In this document: positions 1-7,275 of the stretch, piece by piece
Layout: every line of letters begins with the position of its first letter
How positions within the stretch are numbered: position 1 is the first letter of the stretch
Assembly: GCA_964614675.1 (NCBI GenBank)
Contig: CAZTMF010000001.1
Span: 1 to 28,465, forward strand
Direction: 5' to 3'
Source of the DNA: an uncultured Caulobacteraceae bacterium
GTDB taxonomy: Bacteria; Pseudomonadota; Alphaproteobacteria; Caulobacterales; Caulobacteraceae
DNA: 28,465 bases
Notes under the pieces: generated by a model
The model's database searches: none
Told to the model about the DNA's origin: nothing
What the model saw: only the letters and a program-made list of their open reading frames with translations
Program-made: the position numbers and the translations under genes

Positions 1-378
1 GCCCAGCTGTTCGAGATCACCGCCCTGTTCGACATGCGCCTGAGGCCCGAGCTGGTGCTGCTGCAGAAGACCATGATGGTCACTGAGGGCGTGGCGCGGC
101 GGCTCGATCCCGAGCACGACATCTGGAAAGCGGCCGACCCGGTGGTCCGCCGCTACATCATGCGTGAGCTGGCCCCCACCGCCCGCGTCCGCCAGCTCCT
201 GGAGGAGGGGCTGCGGTGGGCCGAAGGGCTGGCGCGCCGCGCCGAAGCGCCGGCGGTCGCCGCGGTGGCGGAGATCGAGCGCGAGGAGCAGCGCCTGTCC
301 TCGCGCTTCACCTGGTTCGCCGTCGGCGCGGCCCTGGCGGCCCTCGCCTTCGTCGTCTTCGAGCTGCTGCAGCGCTAG
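1..378 (+). CDS. ubiB: Ubiquinone biosynthesis kinase-like protein UbiB, C-terminal part (5' truncated by the window edge)
   Basis: The frame is open from base 1 (AQLFEITALFDMRLRPELVLLQKTMMVTEGVARRLDP..IW). This matches the UbiB C-terminal QLxLLQKTxxxxEGVARxLDP motif and ends in a hydrophobic helix. Confidence 0.85.
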   Translation, partial: AQLFEITALFDMRLRPELVLLQKTMMVTEGVARRLDPEHDIWKAADPVVRRYIMRELAPTARVRQLLEEGLRWAEGLARRAEAPAVAAVAEIEREEQRLSSRFTWFAVGAALAALAFVVFELLQR

Positions 379-402
379 GGTCCGATCATAGAGGAGGCCG
401 CG

Positions 403-690
403 ATGTCCCGTCCGCAGAAGATGCCGGTGGACCAGGCCCTGGCCGGGCTGGACGGCTGGACGGCCGTGCAGGGCCGCGAGGCGATCCAGAAGAGCTTCAG
501 GTTCAAGGACTTCAATCAGGCCTTCGGCTTCATGACCCGCATCGCCCTGGCCGCCGAGAAGCTCGACCACCATCCGGAGTGGTTCAACGTCTACAACCGC
601 GTGGACGTGATCCTGGCCACCCACGACGCCGATGGCGTGACCGAGCTGGACCTGAAGCTGGCCAGTCTGATGGACGCCGCGGCTAGTTGA
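403..690 (+). CDS. phhB: Pterin-4-alpha-carbinolamine dehydratase (PCD/PhhB), 95 aa
   Basis: Signature [52 protein letters not shown]; GAGGAGG Shine-Dalgarno upstream. Confidence 0.95.
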   Translation: MSRPQKMPVDQALAGLDGWTAVQGREAIQKSFRFKDFNQAFGFMTRIALAAEKLDHHPEWFNVYNRVDVILATHDADGVTELDLKLASLMDAAAS

Positions 691-1084
691 GCAGGATAGA
701 CCCCAGCAGGACCTTGGCCCCGCGGCGGCGAAGGACGCGGTCGGTCTCGCGTTGCAGGGCCAAGGAAATGTAGTCGGCATTGGGCGGCTGCCCCGCCGCC
801 AGGCCCAGGCCATAGGGCTGCAGCGCCGAGACATAGGCCGAATATAGGATCGGCAGGTAGAGATCGAGGCTGTCGCGCAGCTTGGGATCGGGCACATCCA
901 GCCCGACCTCGACGGTGAGCACGCCGCGCCGTCCGTTGGCCCGCACGATCGAGACCGCAATCGTCTTGAGCTGCAGATAGGGCGGCTTGGCCTTCTTGCC
1001 GCCCCCCTCGCCCTCCGCATGAGGCGCGGACAAGGGCGCGGCCGCGGCGGCGGCGAGGGCGATCAGGAAGAGGCGGCGGCGCAT
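683..1084 (-). CDS. Exported FliL-like protein with an RRxxF (Tat-like) or cleavable signal peptide, 133 aa
   Basis: N-terminus [23 protein letters not shown]. The body [54 protein letters not shown] resembles the FliL periplasmic domain. Overlaps the phhB stop convergently by 8 bp. Confidence 0.55.
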   Translation of the reverse strand: MRRRLFLIALAAAAAAPLSAPHAEGEGGGKKAKPPYLQLKTIAVSIVRANGRRGVLTVEVGLDVPDPKLRDSLDLYLPILYSAYVSALQPYGLGLAAGQPPNADYISLALQRETDRVLRRRGAKVLLGSILLN

Positions 1085-1118
1085 GGGAGCATTCGCCGCT
1101 GCTTTGGTTGACGACGGG

Positions 1119-1568
1119 TTATGACTGGTTCGGGAAACAGGCCGACTGGGCGATGGCTACCGACGACAGGCCGGTGATCAGGTTCGGGACCACGGTCCGG
1201 AACGTGTAGTTGATGGTCACCGAGGAGAAGCCCGTCGCGCCGCCGCAGGTCGCCGAGGTGCTGAGCGTCACCCCCGCCGACGGAACGGTGACGCCGTAGG
1301 TCGAGGCCACCGCCTGGACGTAGCTCAGGGCCTTGGTCGAGGAATAGGCCGCGCCGTTCGCGCAGCTGGTCGCCAGCACCCCCATGCACCGGGCCGCCTG
1401 GATGGCGGTCTGCTGCAGGGCGTTGGCGGTCCACATGTACCAGCCGAACTCCGTCACCCCGAAGAGCAGGGTGAACATGGTCATGATGACGAGGGAGAAT
1501 TCCACCGCCGCCCCGCCGTTCCGATCCTCCAGCCAGCGCCGGACTAGAGCGGGCTGACGCGGGCTCAC
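1119..1568 (-). CDS. tadE: TadE/TadG-family minor pilin (pseudopilin), 149 aa
   Basis: Class IVb prepilin motif DRNG|GAAVEF followed by a hydrophobic helix and FGVTEFG; four Cys. The GTG start overlaps the upstream stop (GTGA, 1565-1568). Confidence 0.88.
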   Translation of the reverse strand: MSPRQPALVRRWLEDRNGGAAVEFSLVIMTMFTLLFGVTEFGWYMWTANALQQTAIQAARCMGVLATSCANGAAYSSTKALSYVQAVASTYGVTVPSAGVTLSTSATCGGATGFSSVTINYTFRTVVPNLITGLSSVAIAQSACFPNQS

Positions 1569-2146
1569 TGGACCTGGACCAGGCTGGAGACGGTCATGGT
1601 CCCGGACTGGGAGAGCATGCCGTAGCCGATGAAGATCGGCGAATAGGCCCGGCTCGCCGACAGCAGCACGAACTTCCCAGCATAGCCGCCGCCGGGGCAG
1701 GTGGTCCCGCAGGTCTGGGAGCCTCCCCAGGTCACCGAAGCGGAGGTTCCAGTGGGGCAGTAGCAGCGGTCGGCGTTGGACGCGGTCCCGCCGGTGGTGA
1801 CCGTGCCGCCCGAGGAGCCGGCGGTCGGGCCGTTGTTCACGGTCACCGCGCTGTCGGCCCAGTTGGACGCCTGGCCGCTGGAGATCAGTCCCGCCAGGGT
1901 GCTGGCCAGGCTGGCGCCGGTGGTGGAGCTGACGCTCGCCTGGTTGACCATGGCGTAGTTGGCCGCCGCGCTCAGCGAGGCGTTCAGCTGGAAGCGGGTG
2001 TAGAGCAGCCCGCCCAGGTCGATCAGACCGACCAGGATCAGGATGACCGTCGGCGAGATCAGGGCGAACTCGACCGCCGCCACGCCGGAGCGGTCGCGAA
2101 GGAATCCCGCGCCGAGGCGCCGGGAGCGCTGCAGGACCGGCCGCAT
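1565..2146 (-). CDS. tadE: TadE-family minor pilin, 193 aa (real start 2146, not 3577)
   Basis: MRPVLQ..DRSG|VAAVEFALISP..LVGLIDLG prepilin motif and a CYCP..C..C cysteine cluster. The ATG overlaps the tadG stop (TGATG, 2144-2148). Confidence 0.88.
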   Translation of the reverse strand: MRPVLQRSRRLGAGFLRDRSGVAAVEFALISPTVILILVGLIDLGGLLYTRFQLNASLSAAANYAMVNQASVSSTTGASLASTLAGLISSGQASNWADSAVTVNNGPTAGSSGGTVTTGGTASNADRCYCPTGTSASVTWGGSQTCGTTCPGGGYAGKFVLLSASRAYSPIFIGYGMLSQSGTMTVSSLVQVQ

Positions 2147-4107
2147 CACTGCACCAGCGCGATCTTGACGCTGCCGGAGCCGCCGCCGACGCAGTTGGAG
2201 GCCGCGGTGGTGCCGCCGGACAGGGTGACCTGGGTGCCGATCAGCTCCAGGCACTGGCCCGCTCCGCCGCCGACGCTCGAGCCGCCGCTGAGCGATATGG
2301 AGCCCTGCGGGAAATAGAAGGCGCCCGACAGGCTGGTGTTGGAGGCGCCCTCGGCGAACAGGGCCCCGCCGGTGTTGGAGGCGGGACCGACGACCACCAG
2401 ACCCTGGGTGGCGCCCGAGGTTGGTGCGGTCATGGTCACGTGGCCGTAGCCGGCGGCGATGCAGAAGGATTGGCCCGAGCAGGACCCCGAGGCCGGCGTG
2501 GAGGCCCCGCCAATCACCCAGGTCACCCCCGTGCCGCTCATGCCGACAGTCACGCCATTGCAGGTGACGTCGCCGCCCGCCGAGCCGCCGAGGTCGACGT
2601 ACTGCGTAACAGAATAGACGCCCGAACCCAGGATGCTGCCGCCCGCGGTGATGAAGTAACCCTGGATGTCGTGCTGCGCGGCGGCGCTGATGGTGGTGCA
2701 GCTGCCCCCGCCGCTGGAGACGTTGAAGTTGCCGACCAGCTGGAAGACGCTGCCGGCGTCGGTCGCGTCGCCGAGCGTCGTGGTGGCGCCGCCGCCGATA
2801 TAGAAGGCGTTGCCGCCGCTGCTGGGGCCGACGAGGAAGCTGTTTCCGGTCCCGGACGAGCCAAGGACCAGCTTGGAGCCGCCGCCGTTGTAGACGCCGC
2901 CCTGGAGGGTGAAGCTGCTGGGGCCGCCGAAGGTCAGGATCGTGCCGGTATTGCAGATGCTGTAATTGGCGCCGTTGCAGCTGAAGCTCGCCTTGCCGAT
3001 GTTGAAGGTCCCGGCGCCGAACGTCGTAGTGGTGCCGCCGCCGGTGCTGAGACCGCCGGCGATGTTGTAGGTCCCCGGCCCGAAGGTCATGGCCGTGCCG
3101 GTGTTCTTGATCGATCCCGAGAAGTTGTAGGTGGTCGAGGCCGATCCGCCGGTGTTGAAGTTGACCGTGATGCCGCCGCCGGTGGTGATATTTCCGAAGG
3201 TGTAGGACGAGTAGCCGCTGCAGGTGACCGTCCAGGTGTTGCTGGCGAAGGTCCCGCTGCAATGGTCGGTGGTGAGCTGGGCCTGGGTGCTCGCGGTGCT
3301 GTAGGCGAAGTCGACGTCGCCGCCGGCGGTCACGGTCGGCGCAGCCGGCGCCGACATGGACGAGACGCTGGTCAGGTGGCCGGTGGCCGCGGTCACGCCG
3401 GAATTGCCGGCCAGGGGATCGGCGGTCGCCTTCTGGCTGATCGTGGGCGAAGCGCCGCCCGGCCCATGGATCCCGCTGCAGCCGACGGTGGGTGCGGCGG
3501 AATTGTAGGTCACCGACTGGGCGGTGATGCTGGTGCCGCAGGGCACGGTCTCGGAGGCGTTGGACGAGACCGAGCATCCGCTGGCGGTGACGGCGGTGCC
3601 GCCCGAGAGAGCGACGCCAGCGCCGCCCGAGCTCAGGGCGATGATGCAGCCCGAAGTCTGGACGTTCAGCTCGGCGTAGGAGGCGGCCGACACCGGCAGC
3701 GCGGTCGCTCCGCCCACCACCGAGGCGAGGTAGAGCGGAAGGGAGGACGAAACCGTCACCTGCACCGCCTGGTTCCCGTCGCCGGTCGGCGAGCTGACAA
3801 GGCTGGCCGACACATTGGTCGAGGCGACCCCATTCAGGGCCGCGACGGCATTGGCCGCCGAGGTCATGGAGGTGGTGGTGCCGTTGGTGTTGTAGGCCAG
3901 GGCTCCGGCGTAGGCGGCGAGGTCGGCCACTCGCTGGTTTTCGGTCTTGACCAGGAGGCCGTGGCCGTATTCGGCGACAAGCGAGGAAAAGGCGATCAGC
4001 GCGGGCAGGCTCAGCGCCGCGACGATGCTCACCGCCGCCCGGCGGTCACGGGCGAAGGCGCCCAAGCGCCGCGTGATGTGGAACAGCCCCTGCAGCATAG
4101 GTCTCAT
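2146..4107 (-). CDS. tadG: Large TadG-like pilus protein (putative tip adhesin) with a Gly/Thr/Ser-rich repeat domain, 653 aa
   Basis: DRRAAVSIVAALSLPALIAFSSLVAEYG..QRVADLAAYAGA is a Tad/TadG N-terminal motif. It is followed by CIIALS, about nine Gly/Thr repeats and LSGAFYFPQGSISLSGG. Start placed at ATG 4107, with GGGGG upstream. Confidence 0.82.
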   Translation of the reverse strand: MRPMLQGLFHITRRLGAFARDRRAAVSIVAALSLPALIAFSSLVAEYGHGLLVKTENQRVADLAAYAGALAYNTNGTTTSMTSAANAVAALNGVASTNVSASLVSSPTGDGNQAVQVTVSSSLPLYLASVVGGATALPVSAASYAELNVQTSGCIIALSSGGAGVALSGGTAVTASGCSVSSNASETVPCGTSITAQSVTYNSAAPTVGCSGIHGPGGASPTISQKATADPLAGNSGVTAATGHLTSVSSMSAPAAPTVTAGGDVDFAYSTASTQAQLTTDHCSGTFASNTWTVTCSGYSSYTFGNITTGGGITVNFNTGGSASTTYNFSGSIKNTGTAMTFGPGTYNIAGGLSTGGGTTTTFGAGTFNIGKASFSCNGANYSICNTGTILTFGGPSSFTLQGGVYNGGGSKLVLGSSGTGNSFLVGPSSGGNAFYIGGGATTTLGDATDAGSVFQLVGNFNVSSGGGSCTTISAAAQHDIQGYFITAGGSILGSGVYSVTQYVDLGGSAGGDVTCNGVTVGMSGTGVTWVIGGASTPASGSCSGQSFCIAAGYGHVTMTAPTSGATQGLVVVGPASNTGGALFAEGASNTSLSGAFYFPQGSISLSGGSSVGGGAGQCLELIGTQVTLSGGTTAASNCVGGGSGSVKIALVQ

Positions 4108-4253
4108 GGATCTGTTGCCCCCGCGGCAACATCTGCCATCTGACTTAAGCGTCAGTGAGTATCTAAGCTTAACTCCGGTCAACCAAAGTATTGATCGAAG
4201 CAAAGCCCGCGCAGCGGTTCGAAGCCTGCGCCTTCGGGGGGTGGGCCCGCCCG

Positions 4254-4269
4254 TTAAGGCATCCTAAAC
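4254..4269 (+). promoter_or_regulatory. Candidate CtrA box upstream of the flaEY-like gene
   Basis: TTAA-ggcatcc-TAAAC, one mismatch to TTAA-N7-TTAAC, about 50 bp upstream of ATG 4319. Confidence 0.45.
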
Positions 4270-4318
4270 GCCGACGGCGCAGGGTCCGGTCGAGGTTGGG
4301 GCCTCGTCGCTGGCTGAC

Positions 4319-7186
4319 ATGGGAACGCTCGACCTTTCGGTCCTGAACAATTGGTACAACGCCAAGGCGGGCGTCAGCAGCGGCGCGTCCGGTTCGACCG
4401 GGAGCGGCAGCGTCGCCTCCACCGCGCCCACGCCGCCGTGGCAGATCAAGACTTCGACGTCCTCCAGTTCGTCCTCGACCAGCACGAGCTCGACCAGCAT
4501 CCCTGACCAGGTCAGCGCGCTGATGCGGTCGCTGGCCGCGGGCGCCAAGCTGATCGATCCGACCGCCACCAAGGTGAGCGGCACGGGCGCCGATACTGAC
4601 GCGACGTCGAACTACCGCAACCTGTTCGCCCTCTATCAGGGCCTGAACAACCTGCAGTCCATCGCCAAGGCGGCGACAGCCAAGAACCTCTCCGACGCCC
4701 AGACCCAGCAGTTGCAGAAGGCCTTCCAGACCGGACTGCAGCAGCTGCAAAGCTATCTGGGGACCGACCCGTTCAAGGGTTTCGACGTCTACCAGACCCA
4801 GCCCGCGGTCAATGTGACGACCAGCCTCGCCATTCCCAAGGAGAAGGACACCTACACCACCCAGCCGCTCTATCAGGGGCCGGCCAATGGCGTGGTGCCG
4901 GGCTTCCAGGGGAACGTGCAGTTCAGCGTGACCGCAACACGGGCCTCGGGCGCCCAGGTGACCGTGGACTTCGACCTGAACGATCTCGGATCGACGCCGC
5001 GGACCTTCGGCAATGTCCTGAACTACATGAACGACAAGATGCAGGCGGCGGGGCTGGCGACCCGGTTCAGCGACAGCCTGACGCCCGGCAAGGCCAGCAC
5101 CGTCCAGGCTGGCTCCAAGACCATCACCCTGCCCGCCGGACCCGACCAGTACTCGCTGAAGATCGTGGGCACCTCGGCCGAGACCCTCGCCTTTTCCACC
5201 CCGACCACCGATCCGGCGGTCTATGTCGCCCAGACCGCGGGCATCACCACCGGCGCCAAGCCGGACGCCGTGCGTCAGCTGGTCAAGTTCGACGCCTCCG
5301 CCACCCCGGCCGACCCGTCGGCGGTGAACAACCAGGTGTTCAACCAGTCCCTGGGCTCCGGCGTGTCCAAGGTGACGGCCACCGCCACGGCCTCGGACGG
5401 CTCGGTCTATGTACTGGCCAATGTCACCGGACCGGTGAACGGACAGTCGATCCAGGCCAACCAGGACGTGGCCCTGATGAAGTACGACTCGGCGGGCAAC
5501 CTGGTGTTCACCCGCACCCTGGGCGCCGACACCAGCGCCTCGGGCTATGGCCTGGCCGTCTCGGCGGACGGCTCCCAGGTGGCGATCGTCGGGTCGACCG
5601 TCGACAACCTGAGCGCTACCGCGACCTCGAACGCGACGACCCCGACCTCGACCACGCCGCCACAGGGCTTCGTCAGCGTCTACGACGCGTCGGGGAACGA
5701 GGAGTGGACCCAGCAGATCCAGGCCACAGGCGGGACCGGCGGCGGCGTCCAGGCCAACTCGGTGGCCTTCGGATCAAACGGCATGGTCTATGTCGCCGGC
5801 CAGGTGGACGGCCGCATCCTGGGCGGCTCGTCCTCGGGCGGGCAGGACGCCTTCGTCCAGGGCTTCCACGCCGTCTCCAAGCCGCTGAACGACGGCTCGG
5901 GGAGTTCGCAGTGGGTGGTGACGACCACCGCCACCTCGCAATTCGGGACCACCGGCGTCGACCGGGCGACCGACCTCGCCGTATCGGGCTCGGCGGTCTA
6001 TGTCTCGAGCATGGAGAACGGCCAGGCGGTCGTGCGCCGGCTCGACGCCGCCGGCGTCACCGGAACCGGCCTGACCCAGAGCGCTGTGCGCAACCTCGGA
6101 GCCCTGCAGGGCGGCGCCATCGCGGGCCTCGCGGTGAATGCCGACGGCTCGGTGATCGTCGCCGGCTCGACCCACAATGGCGCCTTGAACGCCGGAACCG
6201 CGACCCAGGCCTATGTCGGCGGCGAGGAGGCCTTCGTAGCGAACCTCGCGGCGGACCTGCAGCCCGCGGCCGGCGACGCCGTGACCTACCTCGGCGGCTC
6301 GGCCGACCAGAACGCCACGGCCGTCACGGTCTCGAACGGCAAGGTCTATGTGACGGGCCAGATCGCCACCGCACCCCTGGCCGGCACGGGCCAGACACAG
6401 GGCTGGAACGGCTATGTCACGGCGCTGGACCCCACCACCGGACAGGTGAGCTGGTCCCAGCAGTACCAGGGCCAGGACAAGCAGGCGGCGCCGACCAGCA
6501 TCGCGGTCGCGGAAGGCGGCGCTTCCGTGCTCGACCAGCTGGGCTTGCCCAGCACGATCTCCTGGGCGCCCTCCCAGGAGCTGGTGGCCAACACCGCCAT
6601 GCGTCCAGGCGACCAGCTCTACGTCCAGAACGGAACCGGAAAGCCCATCGCAGTGACCATCGCGGCGGACGACACCTACGAGACCCTGGCCAAGAAGATC
6701 GCCAAGGCGTCAAACTACGCCATCAAGACCACCATCCTGCCGCTGACGACCGGCTCGACCCTGAAGCTCGCGCCGGCCTATCCGGGCGTGCAGGTGACGC
6801 TCCTGCCGGGCCCGCTCGGGCACGACGCGCTGGGACCGCTCGGAATCGCCCAGGGCGTCCTCACCGCCTCCGCCAGCAAGGAGGGCTCGGCCGCACCCGG
6901 CGGCGATTCCGGCCCGCTCGCCAGCCGCAACTCGTTAAAGAACGGCTATTCGCTGAAGCTGTCGTCGAGCCTGACCCTGGCGAACCCCGCGCGCGCCTTG
7001 GCGGCGTCTGGGGCCCTCAGCGGCGCCATCGCCACCCTCAAGGGCATCTACGCCGACATGAGCACCCCTCCGTCCCAGAACAAGGCGGCGACCAGCGGGA
7101 CCGTGCCGACCTATCTGACCAACCAGATCGCCAACTACCAGGCGGCCCTGTCGCGCCTGCAGGGCAGCAGCAGTAGCAGCAGCTGA
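4319..7186 (+). CDS. flaEY: FlaEY/FlaY-like flagellum-associated protein with an internal SBBP-type beta-propeller, 955 aa
   Basis: Length and layout match my recollection of Caulobacter FlaEY. Ser/Thr-rich N-terminus, helical YRNLFALYQGL segment, propeller blades (ASDGSVYVL, MKYDSAGN, GSNGMVYVAG, NADGSVIVAG, SNGKVYVTG), VTIAADDTYETLAKKI and C-terminal YLTNQIANYQAALSRL. No Sec signal. Not confirmed by search. Confidence 0.62.
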   Translation: MGTLDLSVLNNWYNAKAGVSSGASGSTGSGSVASTAPTPPWQIKTSTSSSSSSTSTSSTSIPDQVSALMRSLAAGAKLIDPTATKVSGTGADTDATSNYRNLFALYQGLNNLQSIAKAATAKNLSDAQTQQLQKAFQTGLQQLQSYLGTDPFKGFDVYQTQPAVNVTTSLAIPKEKDTYTTQPLYQGPANGVVPGFQGNVQFSVTATRASGAQVTVDFDLNDLGSTPRTFGNVLNYMNDKMQAAGLATRFSDSLTPGKASTVQAGSKTITLPAGPDQYSLKIVGTSAETLAFSTPTTDPAVYVAQTAGITTGAKPDAVRQLVKFDASATPADPSAVNNQVFNQSLGSGVSKVTATATASDGSVYVLANVTGPVNGQSIQANQDVALMKYDSAGNLVFTRTLGADTSASGYGLAVSADGSQVAIVGSTVDNLSATATSNATTPTSTTPPQGFVSVYDASGNEEWTQQIQATGGTGGGVQANSVAFGSNGMVYVAGQVDGRILGGSSSGGQDAFVQGFHAVSKPLNDGSGSSQWVVTTTATSQFGTTGVDRATDLAVSGSAVYVSSMENGQAVVRRLDAAGVTGTGLTQSAVRNLGALQGGAIAGLAVNADGSVIVAGSTHNGALNAGTATQAYVGGEEAFVANLAADLQPAAGDAVTYLGGSADQNATAVTVSNGKVYVTGQIATAPLAGTGQTQGWNGYVTALDPTTGQVSWSQQYQGQDKQAAPTSIAVAEGGASVLDQLGLPSTISWAPSQELVANTAMRPGDQLYVQNGTGKPIAVTIAADDTYETLAKKIAKASNYAIKTTILPLTTGSTLKLAPAYPGVQVTLLPGPLGHDALGPLGIAQGVLTASASKEGSAAPGGDSGPLASRNSLKNGYSLKLSSSLTLANPARALAASGALSGAIATLKGIYADMSTPPSQNKAATSGTVPTYLTNQIANYQAALSRLQGSSSSSS

Positions 7187-7220
7187 CGGGCGACCGGAAC
7201 GCGCCAGGCGCCGATCATCA

Positions 7221-7235
7221 TCAACATGATCTTAA
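7221..7235 (+). promoter_or_regulatory. Candidate CtrA box upstream of the 571-aa gene
   Basis: TCAA-catgatc-TTAA, one mismatch to TTAA-N7-TTAA, 40 bp upstream of ATG 7276, inside a 90-bp intergenic gap. Confidence 0.5.
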
Positions 7236-7275
7236 GTCCGCCCTGGTCTGATCCGTCGCCTGGAATGGGGACTCC

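Noticed and set aside
2147-3577. 477-codon stop-free upstream extension of the tadE ORF (track ORF 1565-3577), raising the idea of a frameshift fusion with tadG
   Set aside because: The translation is Arg/His/Gln-rich nonsense typical of a shifted frame in GC3-biased DNA. I saw no slippery site, and the prepilin motif and TGATG coupling define the start at 2146.
2440-4143. 567-aa plus-strand ORF opposite tadG
   Set aside because: Antisense shadow of a GC-rich gene, with no motifs. The same applies to 10145-10981, 10978-12204, 12639-14108, 15127-17241, 17518-18564, 20762-22063, 23527-24711 and 26264-27391.
5704-7176. 490-aa alternative-frame ORF inside the flaEY-like gene (also 23766-24809 inside wzy)
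   Set aside because: Same-strand shifted frame with Arg/Pro/Gly-rich composition and no RBS or domain.
7162-7183. (CAG)n-like run at the flaEY-like 3' end as a phase-variable repeat
   Set aside because: A short, interrupted, in-frame triplet run encoding a terminal poly-Ser; slippage would not shift the frame.
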